From Pseudomonadota bacterium (lineage in GTDB: Bacteria; Pseudomonadota; Alphaproteobacteria; Rhizobiales; JAKSCL01), in assembly GCA_039026395.1 (NCBI GenBank), contig JBCCMK010000002.1:23168-87167 (forward strand): DNA of 64,000 bases, written 5' to 3'. Position 1 is the first letter of the stretch. Each line of letters begins with the position of its first letter. This document shows positions 1 through 9,407 of this stretch, piece after piece. Under the pieces are notes generated by a model, which worked only from the letters and a program-made list of their open reading frames with translations, made no database searches and had not been told where the DNA came from. The position numbers and the translations under genes are program-made.

Positions 1-120
1 AGCCGACAGGATGATAAGACGTCCGCGGTCGGGTAGGGGCGGCCAATGCCCCTCGAAACAATGGTCTGGATGGGCTGCTCGAACGCCGAGCTCATAGAGG
101 CTTTCAAGAAACTCGCGCAT
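1..120 (-). CDS. N-terminal 40 codons of a glycerate kinase-like (DUF4147/MOFRL, TtuD/GckA-type) protein; the CDS runs off the left edge
   Basis: Hand translation of the minus strand from ATG at 118-120: MREFLESLYELGVRAAHPDHCFEGHWPPLPDRGRLIILSA. It resembles the N-terminus of the hydroxypyruvate reductase/glycerate 2-kinase family. Only 40 aa are visible. Confidence 0.4.
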   Translation of the reverse strand, partial: MREFLESLYELGVRAAHPDHCFEGHWPPLPDRGRLIILSA

Positions 121-122
121 AT

Positions 123-1040
123 CTATCCGTCTATCGATTTCGAAGGCCGACCGCGGGCCACGACGACGCCAAAAATGATAAGCATGGCCCCTGCAACCTG
201 AAGCGGTGTCAGCGCTTCAGCAAGCACCACCCAGCCAAGAAAGGCGGCGGCCACGCCCTCCAGGAAAATCACCAGCGACGAGAAACTTGCAGCAAGCTTG
301 CCAAGCGCAACCGACAATAAGCCCTGGCCGCCGACCTGCGCTATCACTGCCAAAATGAGGAGCCACCAAAAGCCGGCCCAACTTTGTGGAAAGAGATGTG
401 CCTCAAATAAGAGTGCGGGCGGAAGGAGAAAGGCGGCTGTCACCGCCGTCGACCAGAACATTACGGTTCCAGCCGGTATCCCGCGAAGCCGCGTCTTGCC
501 CATGGTGATGATGTAGGCGGCGAAGAACATTCCGGTCAGCATGCCGTAGGCGTCGCCCGAAATTCGCTCCGGCGCGAAAGCGATGCTCGTGCCCAAAAGA
601 AGCGTGCCGCCGGAAAGGCAAATCACCAGACCGAGTGTCTGGTTGCGGCTGATTTTTTCCTTGAAGATCAGCCAACCAGCTAGAAGGACGAATACGGGTG
701 AGAGGGTCGCGAAAAATGTCGCGTTCGCGACAGTCGTATTGACGATCGAGAGATGCCAAAAGAAGAGGTCCCCGGCGAAAAAGAAGCCCATCAATAAGAT
801 GCCGCGCCATGGCAGTCGGTCATTGGTGTCGCCCACCAAGGGTGAGCTCCGCTCCCAGCGCATCCATGCCCACAGAAACGGCAAGGCGAGCGCTGCACGC
901 CAGAACGCACTCGCAAAGGGACCAACGTCCGCCAACCGCACGAAAATCGGTGATGCGCCCATCGCAATTGCCCCTACCACGACGGCGAGGACGGCGAGAT
1001 CGTCGCGTCGCTCTGCGGTCTGGTCAGTAGCTGCAGTCAT
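123..1040 (-). CDS. EamA/DMT-superfamily permease
   Basis: 305-aa ORF, about 10 hydrophobic helices, duplicated EamA-like halves, N-terminal GASPIFVRLA-type motif. Confidence 0.85.
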   Translation of the reverse strand: MTAATDQTAERRDDLAVLAVVVGAIAMGASPIFVRLADVGPFASAFWRAALALPFLWAWMRWERSSPLVGDTNDRLPWRGILLMGFFFAGDLFFWHLSIVNTTVANATFFATLSPVFVLLAGWLIFKEKISRNQTLGLVICLSGGTLLLGTSIAFAPERISGDAYGMLTGMFFAAYIITMGKTRLRGIPAGTVMFWSTAVTAAFLLPPALLFEAHLFPQSWAGFWWLLILAVIAQVGGQGLLSVALGKLAASFSSLVIFLEGVAAAFLGWVVLAEALTPLQVAGAMLIIFGVVVARGRPSKSIDG

Positions 1041-1152
1041 TCGGTAACGGCTCGAGCAGAAGAAACGGCACGCGGCACCATGCGAATTCGCGCCGTCTAT
1101 TGCAACGCCCGCGTCGGACTCCTAAACAGAAGCATCTGCACTGAAAGCCCCG

Positions 1153-1953
1153 ATGACAAACGCCTCATTTGAACTCGTGCCCGGGGACGCTGCCACGGGC
1201 TTCCTTATCCTTTGCGACCATGCCTCGAACCGTATACCGCCCGAATTGGGCGATCTCGGTCTCCCGCGCGCGCAAATGGAACGGCATATCGCGTATGATA
1301 TTGGCGCGCGGTCCGTGTCCCTGCTGCTTGCTGAAATGCTTGGATGCCCTGCGGTGCTTTCGACATTCTCTCGTCTTGTGATCGATCCCAATCGCGGAGA
1401 GGACGATCCGACCCTCGTGATGCGGATCTCTGATGGCGCGATTATTCCGGGAAATGCGGATCACGATGCTGAGGAGCGGGAGCGACGACTGAACGCTTAC
1501 TATCGGCCGTATGACGATGCGGTCGGTCAGGCTATCGACACCGCAATCGCGGCTGGTTATCCGCCGACCCTCGTTTCGATCCATTCATTCACGCCGCTTT
1601 GGAAATCCGCTCAAAGACCTTGGGATATCGGCATCTTGTGGGACAAAGATCCGCGCTTTGCCGTCCCGCTGATCGCGGCTCTTCAGGCCGGGGGTGATCT
1701 CATTGTCGGAGACAATGAGCCCTATTCCGGTCAACTTGCCGGAGACATGATGCATCGTCAGGGCACCATGCGGGGCCTACCGCACGCCTTGATCGAGCTC
1801 CGCCAAGACCAAGTCGAATCCCACGAAGGCCAGGCGCGATGGGCAAACCGGCTCAGTGATGTGATCACCGGTCTTTCGGGGCTGGAGGGCCTCGGACAGA
1901 TCAGATATTACGGCTCCTCAGGCGTTATCGCTGAAGCGGAGCAACCATCATGA
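1153..1953 (+). CDS. N-formylglutamate amidohydrolase family protein (FGase/HutG-like)
   Basis: 266 aa. Motifs LILCDHASNRIP and VSIHSFTP are typical of the FGase family. The stop overlaps the next start (ATGA at 1950-1953). Confidence 0.8.
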   Translation: MTNASFELVPGDAATGFLILCDHASNRIPPELGDLGLPRAQMERHIAYDIGARSVSLLLAEMLGCPAVLSTFSRLVIDPNRGEDDPTLVMRISDGAIIPGNADHDAEERERRLNAYYRPYDDAVGQAIDTAIAAGYPPTLVSIHSFTPLWKSAQRPWDIGILWDKDPRFAVPLIAALQAGGDLIVGDNEPYSGQLAGDMMHRQGTMRGLPHALIELRQDQVESHEGQARWANRLSDVITGLSGLEGLGQIRYYGSSGVIAEAEQPS

Positions 1954-2252
1954 CCATACCGACCGATGACACAGCCGAAAAACTCGAAGCTGCAGTTTTC
2001 CGGAGATTGGTGTCGCATCTTCAAAACCGGACAGATGTCCAAAACATCGATTTGATGAACTTGGCTGGTTTCTGTCGAAATTGTTTGTCGAACTGGTATG
2101 TCGACGCCGCGAAAGAAGTGGGACTTGATCTCGCGAAAGAGACAGTCCGCGAGCACGTCTACGGCATGCCGTACGGCGAATGGAAAGAGAAGTTTCAAAC
2201 CGAGGCGACACCGGACCAGAAGGCTGCGTTCGACGCCAACAACACCCACTGA
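1950..2252 (+). CDS. DUF1244 domain protein
   Basis: 100 aa; FRRLVSHLQNRTDVQNIDLMNLAGFCRNCLSNWY is the conserved DUF1244 core. Confidence 0.8.
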   Translation: MTIPTDDTAEKLEAAVFRRLVSHLQNRTDVQNIDLMNLAGFCRNCLSNWYVDAAKEVGLDLAKETVREHVYGMPYGEWKEKFQTEATPDQKAAFDANNTH

Positions 2253-2277
2253 GACTCCGAACGACTGAGGATTAGGA

Positions 2278-2553
2278 ATGGTTGATCCGACCGGCGCCGC
2301 GCGCGACCAACTCAAAGCATTTGTCTCGCGAATTGAGCGACTGGAAGAGGACAAGCAAGCGATCGCCGAAGACCTCAAACAAGTCTATGGCGAAGCAAAA
2401 GCCATGGGCTTTGACACAAAGACGCTTCGCCAGGTCATACGTTTGAGGAAAAAGGACGTCGAGGAACGCCAGGAGGAAGAGGCGATGCTCGATCTTTATC
2501 TTCAAGCGCTGGGCATGATCCCTGGGGGTATCGAGCCTGGGCCCAACGAGTAG
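2278..2553 (+). CDS. gapR: Nucleoid-associated protein GapR (DUF2312/UPF0335)
   Basis: 91 aa; colinear with Caulobacter GapR as I recall it (…[42 protein letters not shown]…[12 protein letters not shown]). AGGA-type RBS upstream. Confidence 0.9.
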   Translation: MVDPTGAARDQLKAFVSRIERLEEDKQAIAEDLKQVYGEAKAMGFDTKTLRQVIRLRKKDVEERQEEEAMLDLYLQALGMIPGGIEPGPNE

Positions 2554-2577
2554 CCTTCACAGCGATCGTATTTGAGA

Positions 2578-4440
2578 TCAGTTGCTGGAGAAAAGCCGGT
2601 TGACCAAACCAGCTTGGCGCTTTGCAGGGGCCTTAATGCGCTTGACGGCAAGCGGTTTGATCGATGGCCCTTCGAATGCCCCGATCGCAGGCGTTGGTGC
2701 AGTTTTGCCAAAATAGCTCACCACGATCATGTCGCTCGTGACGCTTAGGAAACCGTCACCCTGTGCAGTTGGATGCACGAAATGGCGAGTGTCGCCGGTG
2801 CGTGACGCAAAAGATGCAGTCATCGGTTTAGGCTCTGCGCGAACGAGAGATCCAACCATTTCGGTCGGGAAAAGCCGACGTGGTTTGCCTGGAATCGTGC
2901 GATTTGGTTGTTGACGGGGGCGCTGCGTGGTTGCGCGAGGTTCGTCCGGTGTACCGAGTTCAGAAAGCGGTAGGCCGCCGCGGATAATGCCTGCGATTGG
3001 GTCTGCTAGGATGTTACCGCCGCGTTCAATACCAGCCCTGGCGTAAGCTGCCGCGATTGCTGCTTCGTTTTCCCCGGGCGCGCCACTCGCATTCCCAACT
3101 TGGTCCGGAAGATTGGCGACAATGATCTCGCCCGTGCCTGGACTTGTTGCCGGACGCGAGGGTCGCGGTGCGGGCTGCGTGATCACGAGATCTGTCTCGG
3201 CTGAGGCTACAACTGTCTCGTTTTCCTCTGCGGCCGCCTCTGCAAGTGTTTGTTCTCCAGAAACGCCGGTTGCCTCCGCGATGATGGCCGCTGGCCGAAT
3301 TTCTGGGAGCGGAGCGTCTGCAATCAGGAGATCAGGCGCAGGTGCTTCCGGAATTTCTGGCGCGGCGGGCGCGGTTGGTGTCGGTTCTGGTGCAGCGGCC
3401 GGTGCCTCTTCTACCGGTTGTTCAGGTGCGGCAGGTGCGGGGAGGGCGCGACTGACTGCCGGTCGTGCAGCCGGGACCGGTGTCGGTCCTGCTGGCCGAG
3501 CATTTGTCGTTGTTGCGGCGCGACGGGCGGCGGCCGATGCGTTGCTGGTGCGAGCTTCCTGCGAGCGGTTCGAGGTCCGATTGGGCGCCGCATCCTGCTG
3601 ACCGGAATTCTGTCCACCGCGTAGGAGATTGCCGAGAAGGCCCCTATTGCCTTCGCCTTCGACGCGCGCGACGCGGGTTTCAGAATTGCGCGGTCTGCGT
3701 CTATCGCCAGCGCGGGAATTCAGCTGCTCAAGTCTCCCGGCTTTCTCAAGACGAGCGGCCTCAGCGTAGCCTTTAAGCGGTTTGCCGTCCGACGGTAGGT
3801 GAAGCGTTTTGCCGTCAGGGAAGAGGGCGAGAAGCTGTTTGCGTGTCATCCGCGGCCAAGCCCGAACACCAGCTGTGTCGAGGTGCACAAACGGCGTATT
3901 CGCCGACGGATAAAAGCCGACACCGCCAACCTGCTTCTTCAGCGCGATCTTGCGGATTTTCGACGATGAAACGCCCGGGATGAAAAAATCTGTCGCGCGG
4001 CCTTGAGTGTGCTGACTGTTTCGCGCCACACCGCGTGACCGACGCCGAAGCGCGGCATTTGTCACGGGCGAACGAAAACCGGAAACAACATGGATCGGGC
4101 TTTTAGATCCGGTTTCGCGATGTACTTCCCAGAGAAGGTCGAAGAGTTTGGGGTCCATCTTAGTGGACTCATTTCGGCGCCAGTCTCGGAGGAAGTGGTT
4201 GAGCTTTGCCACGCCTTTTGAGTCGTACCGACCGTTGCGGCGAAACGTAATCGAGGCGCGCTCTTTTGTATGGGTATTATAAAGCTCGAGCGTGCGGGTT
4301 TGCGCGGTCGCTTCGCCAGGCGTTCCAAGCGTTGCCATTGCTGTCAAAGCAGCGATGGCTAATCCGGTAAAACGCTTCGGCAGGAGGCGCCAACAATGGG
4401 AGGCTACGGCCGATTTTTGGTTTTGATACGCGCCGCGCAC
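2578..4440 (-). CDS. DUF882 (peptidase M15A, YcbK/MepK-like) protein with a long low-complexity C-terminal extension
   Basis: 620-aa ORF with a GTG start. It has a signal-like N-terminus (…AALTAMATLGTPGEATAQ) followed by the DUF882 core (LELYNTHT…VVSGFRSPVTNA…NSQHTQGRATDFFIPG…GGVGFYP…FVHLDTAGVRAWP). About 400 aa of Pro/Ala/Arg-rich sequence follows. Confidence 0.85.
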   Translation of the reverse strand: MRGAYQNQKSAVASHCWRLLPKRFTGLAIAALTAMATLGTPGEATAQTRTLELYNTHTKERASITFRRNGRYDSKGVAKLNHFLRDWRRNESTKMDPKLFDLLWEVHRETGSKSPIHVVSGFRSPVTNAALRRRSRGVARNSQHTQGRATDFFIPGVSSSKIRKIALKKQVGGVGFYPSANTPFVHLDTAGVRAWPRMTRKQLLALFPDGKTLHLPSDGKPLKGYAEAARLEKAGRLEQLNSRAGDRRRPRNSETRVARVEGEGNRGLLGNLLRGGQNSGQQDAAPNRTSNRSQEARTSNASAAARRAATTTNARPAGPTPVPAARPAVSRALPAPAAPEQPVEEAPAAAPEPTPTAPAAPEIPEAPAPDLLIADAPLPEIRPAAIIAEATGVSGEQTLAEAAAEENETVVASAETDLVITQPAPRPSRPATSPGTGEIIVANLPDQVGNASGAPGENEAAIAAAYARAGIERGGNILADPIAGIIRGGLPLSELGTPDEPRATTQRPRQQPNRTIPGKPRRLFPTEMVGSLVRAEPKPMTASFASRTGDTRHFVHPTAQGDGFLSVTSDMIVVSYFGKTAPTPAIGAFEGPSIKPLAVKRIKAPAKRQAGLVNRLFSSN

Positions 4441-4882
4441 GGATCCCCCAGTACTCGAAAAGCGCTCAAACCGAGCGTAAAAGAGGCGTAAACTGCGAAT
4501 TGCAAATTAAGGGCTAAATGTAAACGCAAGTTTAGCGAGAGCCACGGCGTAGAGTTGAAAAGTGGCGATACTGCGACTGAAAACCGTGGATATCCTTTGG
4601 GCGTTGAGCGCGCTGCATTTGCAAGTGATCACGCCGTAGGCCGAGGATTTCTGCCGTTTTGCAGGGTGTGAGCCGCTCAGCGACCGGGCGATCGCGGCAG
4701 CTTCTTAGCGCCCGCCTCAGATCTTTTGGTAAAGATTAAGGATATTTTTCATTTCCGACAAAAGTGCCGCATTTCATTCGCTGGGTGTGTCCCGGGGAAC
4801 CCAGGTCACCTATCGACTGTCCAATTCTGAGCCAGTCCGTTGAATGCCGCGTCAATGCGGTTCACAGTCGGCGCGGTGCCGG

Positions 4883-6382
4883 CTATGCGCTTTCTTGAAG
4901 GCCGTAGTCGGCAATTTTCCGATAAAGGGTCGATCGGCCAATGCCCAGGCGCCGTGCAACCTCGCTCATTCGACCGTTATACCGATCGAGAGCCATCCGG
5001 ATTGCCTCTTCCTCGAGGGATTCCAGCGTCATCACATGACCGTCGTCACGCAGGAGCGAGACTTGACCGTATGATGTGGCCGGCATGGTCGGAGCGGAGG
5101 GTTGCACCGGAGTGATACGATCTTCAGCCATCACGGACGGTGCCATGGGTGCCGGACGGACCGGCGGCAGCGGCGTAAGCGCTGGTATTGCGTAACCGTC
5201 GACCTGTGCTGCGATTTGCGGGAACTCGCCGATTGTTAGCTCAGACCCGTCGCAAAGGACGACAGCGCGGAAGACCGCATTCTCAAGCTGGCGGACATTC
5301 CCTGGCCAATCATAGGCCTGAAGAAGTGCAGTGGCTTCAGCCGAAATGCCATTGATCTTCTTGCCTTCCTCGACGGCAAACCGCGCGATGAAGTGCCGAA
5401 CGAGATCTGGAATGTCGTCGCGACGGTCTCGCAGAGGCGGCACAAAAATCGGGAAGACATTCAAACGATAGTAAAGGTCTTCGCGGAACTCGCCGTCCTT
5501 GACCTGTTCGATCATGTTTCGGTTGGTCGCCGAGATCAGACGGAAATCGACTTTTACCGATTTACGAGCGCCGACGGGATCGACTTCGCCCTCTTGAAGG
5601 GCGCGCAGCAGTTTCACCTGAGCGTTTGGTGGAAGTTCGCCGACCTCGTCGAGGAAGAGCGTGCCGCCATTGGCTTCAACAAACTTGCCGACGTGTTTTT
5701 CCGTGGCGCCCGTGAACGCGCCTTTCTCGTGACCGAAAAGGATCGACTCTACGAGGTTCTCGGGGATCGCGCCGCAATTGACCGTGACGAAGGGTTTTGC
5801 TTTGCGGTCGGAGCATCCTTGGATCGCGCGAGCAATCACTTCTTTACCGACGCCGGATTCGCCCTCAATCAAGATTGGGATATTTGACGTTGCGCCACGG
5901 GTGCCAAGATGGATCACCCGGTGCATTGATTCAGAGCGCGTTACGAGATTGTCGAACGTCATCGTGCCCGATGCAGCACGTTTGATGCGTTTGATCTCGC
6001 CTTCGAGCGCGTTCACCTTCAACGCGTTCGACATCGAAACTTGAAGCCGTTCGGGCGAGACGGGCTTAACGACGAAATCAAACGCCCCCGCCCGCATTGC
6101 CGAAACCACTGTTTCAATGCCGCCATGCGCCGTCTGCACGATGACCGGTTTCACGATCCCTTGCTTTTTCATGCCTTCCATGACGCCCATGCCATCTAGG
6201 TCGGGCATCACAAGGTCGAGAATGACTAAGTCAATCGAGCCTGCCTCGGGTCCAGACAGGCGTTCCAGCGCGTTTTCACCGCTTTCCGACGATACAACGT
6301 CATAGCCAAATCGCTTGATCGCTTCTTCCAAGAGCCGGCGCTGAACCGGATCGTCATCGACAACAAGAACTTTACCTGACAT
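4883..6382 (-). CDS. Sigma-54-dependent response regulator (NtrC-family enhancer-binding protein, TacA-like)
   Basis: 499 aa. It has a receiver domain (VLVVDDDP…DLVMPDLDG), AAA+ Walker A GESGVGKE, the sigma-54 contact loop GAFTGA, and a C-terminal Fis-type HTH ([17 protein letters not shown]). Confidence 0.9.
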   Translation of the reverse strand: MSGKVLVVDDDPVQRRLLEEAIKRFGYDVVSSESGENALERLSGPEAGSIDLVILDLVMPDLDGMGVMEGMKKQGIVKPVIVQTAHGGIETVVSAMRAGAFDFVVKPVSPERLQVSMSNALKVNALEGEIKRIKRAASGTMTFDNLVTRSESMHRVIHLGTRGATSNIPILIEGESGVGKEVIARAIQGCSDRKAKPFVTVNCGAIPENLVESILFGHEKGAFTGATEKHVGKFVEANGGTLFLDEVGELPPNAQVKLLRALQEGEVDPVGARKSVKVDFRLISATNRNMIEQVKDGEFREDLYYRLNVFPIFVPPLRDRRDDIPDLVRHFIARFAVEEGKKINGISAEATALLQAYDWPGNVRQLENAVFRAVVLCDGSELTIGEFPQIAAQVDGYAIPALTPLPPVRPAPMAPSVMAEDRITPVQPSAPTMPATSYGQVSLLRDDGHVMTLESLEEEAIRMALDRYNGRMSEVARRLGIGRSTLYRKIADYGLQESA

Positions 6383-6636
6383 GGGCGATCCAAGACGTCT
6401 TGGCGTACGCTCTTTGGCGCAGCCTGGAGGGAATTCGACCCAGACAATGGCTGTGAAATGTAAAAGGGGCCTTAAGGATCATTTTTCGTTGTGGTTTGCG
6501 ATGTTCCGCCGCAAGAGCGTTTTTGCCTGTGTGTCCAAGCATTTGACGTCGCGCGGGTTGAACTTCCTGCGGCTCCGGTCAATATTTCGGTCAACGCCGG
6601 ATGTCGTCGCGGCGGGTATCATCAATGAGGTCTGAC

Positions 6637-8469
6637 ATGAGAGCGTTCGCGCGCACCACTCTTCCTGCGTTATCCGGCGCTTCGGCGGCGAAAACTGAGG
6701 TCTTGCCTGAGTGGAACCTAACCGATCTCTATACGTCGCCCGAATCGCACGATGTGCGTGATGATATGGACTCGGTCCTGACGAGGTCGAAAGCATTTGA
6801 AGAGGCATTCCGAGGAAAGCTGTCTGCCGATGCGGATCTCATCTCAAAGGCGGTTGCAGACTACGAAGCGCTGCAGGACACGCTTGGTCGCCTCATCTCT
6901 TTCGCCGGTCTTACTTACGCGGGCGATACATCCGATCCAGCGCGCGGAAAATTTTACGGCGACGTGCAGGAACGCATCACGGCTGCGTCGTCCCATCTCC
7001 TCTTTTTCGAGCTCGAGCTCAACCAGTTGAGCGATGCAGACATCGAAGCGCTTTGTCGGGATGATCGCATTGCGCATTATGAGCCGTGGCTGACGGATAT
7101 TCGCAAGGAAAAGCCCTATCAGCTCTCGGAGGACGTCGAGCGCCTTTTCCACGAAAAATCAGTGACCGGTCGTGGTGCCTGGAACCGGCTCTTTGATGAG
7201 ACCGTAACCAGTTTGAGCTTTGACGTTGACGGCGAAACGCTCGCGATTGAGCCGACGCTCAATTTTCTCCAAGATCAGGATGGCAAAAAGCGTGAGGCGG
7301 CGGCGCGCGCGTTGGGGCAAACCTTTTCCAAAAACATTCGCACCTTCACCCTGATCACCAACACGCTCGCGAAGGACAAGGAAATATCCGACCGCTGGCG
7401 CGGCTTTGAGGATATCGCGAGCTCCAGGCACCTGGCGAACCGCGTCGAACCGGAGGTTGTCGACGCCTTGGTGTCGAGCGTTCGAAACGCTTATCCAAAA
7501 CTCTCCCATCGATATTATCAGATGAAAGCGCGGTGGTTCGGCGCGGACGCGATGGATTATTGGGATCGGAACGCGCCGCTCCCGTCAGTCGAGCAAAAAA
7601 ACTACCCCTGGTCAGAGGCGCAATCGACTGTGCTCGATGCCTATGGCGGCTTTTCGCCAAAAATGCGCGAAATCGCGGAAGTGTTTTTCGACAAGAACTG
7701 GATCGACGCTCCCGTGCGGCCAGGCAAATCGCCGGGAGCGTTCTCGCATCCAACCGTACCGTCGGCCCACCCTTACGTGCTCTTGAACTATCAGGGTAAG
7801 CCGCGCGATGTCATGACACTCGCTCATGAACTTGGCCACGGGGTTCACCAGGTCTTGGCGAGCGAACAGGGGCCGTTGATGGCGCCGACACCGCTCACGC
7901 TTGCAGAGACCGCCAGCGTCTTTGGTGAGATGCTAACGTTCAAGGCGATCTTGAAAGCGACAACGGATCCCGTCCGCCGCAAAGCGCTGCTTGCGTCCAA
8001 GGTCGAGGACATGATCAACACGGTCATCCGTCAGATCGCGTTCTACACCTTTGAGCGGGATGTCCACACCGCGCGCCGCGAAAGCGAGCTAACCGCCGAT
8101 ACGCTTGGCGATATCTGGATGAAAGTGCAGGGCGAGAGCTTGGGCCCCGCGATCCGCCTCGACGATGATTATCGGACGTTTTGGGCGTATATCCCGCACT
8201 TCATTCATTCGCCGTTTTATGTCTACGCCTACGCCTTTGGCGATTGCCTCGTGAATTCGCTATATGCGGTCTATGAGAACGCCGATGACGGCTTCCAGCA
8301 GAAATATTTCGACATGCTTTCAGCCGGTGGCACCAAGCACCATTCGGAGCTTTTAGCGCCGTTCGGTCTGGATGCGTCCGATGCTGGCTTCTGGTCGAAA
8401 GGCCTCGGGGTCATCGAAGCGCTGATTGACGAATTGGAAGCGATTGACGCGTCGCTCTCGCCGGAGTGA
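6637..8469 (+). CDS. pepF: M3B oligoendopeptidase F
   Basis: HELGHGVH zinc motif and PepF-like length. I prefer ATG 6637 (GAGG 8 nt upstream, N-terminus …LPEWNLTDLY) over the track start at 6601. Confidence 0.9.
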   Translation: MRAFARTTLPALSGASAAKTEVLPEWNLTDLYTSPESHDVRDDMDSVLTRSKAFEEAFRGKLSADADLISKAVADYEALQDTLGRLISFAGLTYAGDTSDPARGKFYGDVQERITAASSHLLFFELELNQLSDADIEALCRDDRIAHYEPWLTDIRKEKPYQLSEDVERLFHEKSVTGRGAWNRLFDETVTSLSFDVDGETLAIEPTLNFLQDQDGKKREAAARALGQTFSKNIRTFTLITNTLAKDKEISDRWRGFEDIASSRHLANRVEPEVVDALVSSVRNAYPKLSHRYYQMKARWFGADAMDYWDRNAPLPSVEQKNYPWSEAQSTVLDAYGGFSPKMREIAEVFFDKNWIDAPVRPGKSPGAFSHPTVPSAHPYVLLNYQGKPRDVMTLAHELGHGVHQVLASEQGPLMAPTPLTLAETASVFGEMLTFKAILKATTDPVRRKALLASKVEDMINTVIRQIAFYTFERDVHTARRESELTADTLGDIWMKVQGESLGPAIRLDDDYRTFWAYIPHFIHSPFYVYAYAFGDCLVNSLYAVYENADDGFQQKYFDMLSAGGTKHHSELLAPFGLDASDAGFWSKGLGVIEALIDELEAIDASLSPE

Positions 8470-9407
8470 TACCGCACGCGGGCGCATTCAAACCGGGGCA
8501 CAAACCGTTTGCCATTGGATTAAGGCCGCTCGGAGGTGACCCTTGGATCGAGCCGGAGCCATCGCTTGGGTACTACCTCGCGGAGAAAGAGGTGCTGTTC
8601 TCAAGCGATTTGCCTAAGGTCTGGATGGCCAGAGGTGACACAGAAGCCGCCCAAGCTGAGTGCCTTGATCTTCTGATCTCGCATCTGACAGACCGCCACT
8701 CTGAAACCTATGCACCAATAAAAAACGGCGTCAGGCTTGGTTTTGAAGACCTCCATTTCGGGACTGAGCCACCGCTTCTTTTCGCGTCACGACTGGTGGC
8801 TGACGATCTCGTTCTCATGCGCAAATGCGACGATGGTTGGCGGTTGGTGGCAGCTTCCCTGTGCTTCCCGTCGAGCTGGAGTCTGGCGGAGAAATTTGAT
8901 CGACCGATGGAAGCGATCCACGAGCCCGTCCCCGATTATGAGGGGCGGATGGACGCTCTCATCAATCGCGTCTTCGACAATCTAAAGCCGGACCTTCCCG
9001 TCTATCGCTACAACTGGTCGATCTACGACACGATCGATCTTCATCGACCAGAACCGCATGAAAATCGCTCATTCCGGTTCGGCACATCGCTCGAGCCGGA
9101 GCGCGTTTTTATTCGAACCGAGCGTCAGACATTGGCGAAGATGCCAGAGAGCGGCGACATCCTCTTCACCATCAAGATTAGTGCTGCGTCACAGGCAGAT
9201 TTGGCTTCCCGCTCTCAATTGTGGCGTGACGCCTTTGCCGGGCTTGCCGACCAGATCGAGGGCATGACCGAGCCACAGCTCGAATACAAAAGCATCGCTG
9301 ATCACCGGGATAAACTTCTGAGGTTGCTTTTGGCCGCACCGGTTGGCAAGGCGCCAGGGTCTTCTATTTCTGAGGGTCTGGACCACGCGGAGCAGCGATC
9401 GACATGA
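8466..9407 (+). CDS. DUF3445 protein (heme-dependent oxidative N-demethylase alpha-subunit-like family)
   Basis: 313 aa; core RLVADDLVLMRK…WRLVAASLCFPSSWSLAEKFDRPMEAIHEPVPDY…YRYNWSIYD matches the DUF3445 signature as I recall it. The GTG start overlaps the pepF stop (GTGA). Confidence 0.75.
   Translation: MIPHAGAFKPGHKPFAIGLRPLGGDPWIEPEPSLGYYLAEKEVLFSSDLPKVWMARGDTEAAQAECLDLLISHLTDRHSETYAPIKNGVRLGFEDLHFGTEPPLLFASRLVADDLVLMRKCDDGWRLVAASLCFPSSWSLAEKFDRPMEAIHEPVPDYEGRMDALINRVFDNLKPDLPVYRYNWSIYDTIDLHRPEPHENRSFRFGTSLEPERVFIRTERQTLAKMPESGDILFTIKISAASQADLASRSQLWRDAFAGLADQIEGMTEPQLEYKSIADHRDKLLRLLLAAPVGKAPGSSISEGLDHAEQRST

Noticed and set aside
3113-3776. Several plus-strand ORFs (162, 124 and 103 aa) opposite the DUF882 gene
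   Set aside because: They mirror the Pro/Ala-rich low-complexity region (GC-rich codon repeats read as Gly/Ala/Arg on the other strand), so I treat them as non-coding.
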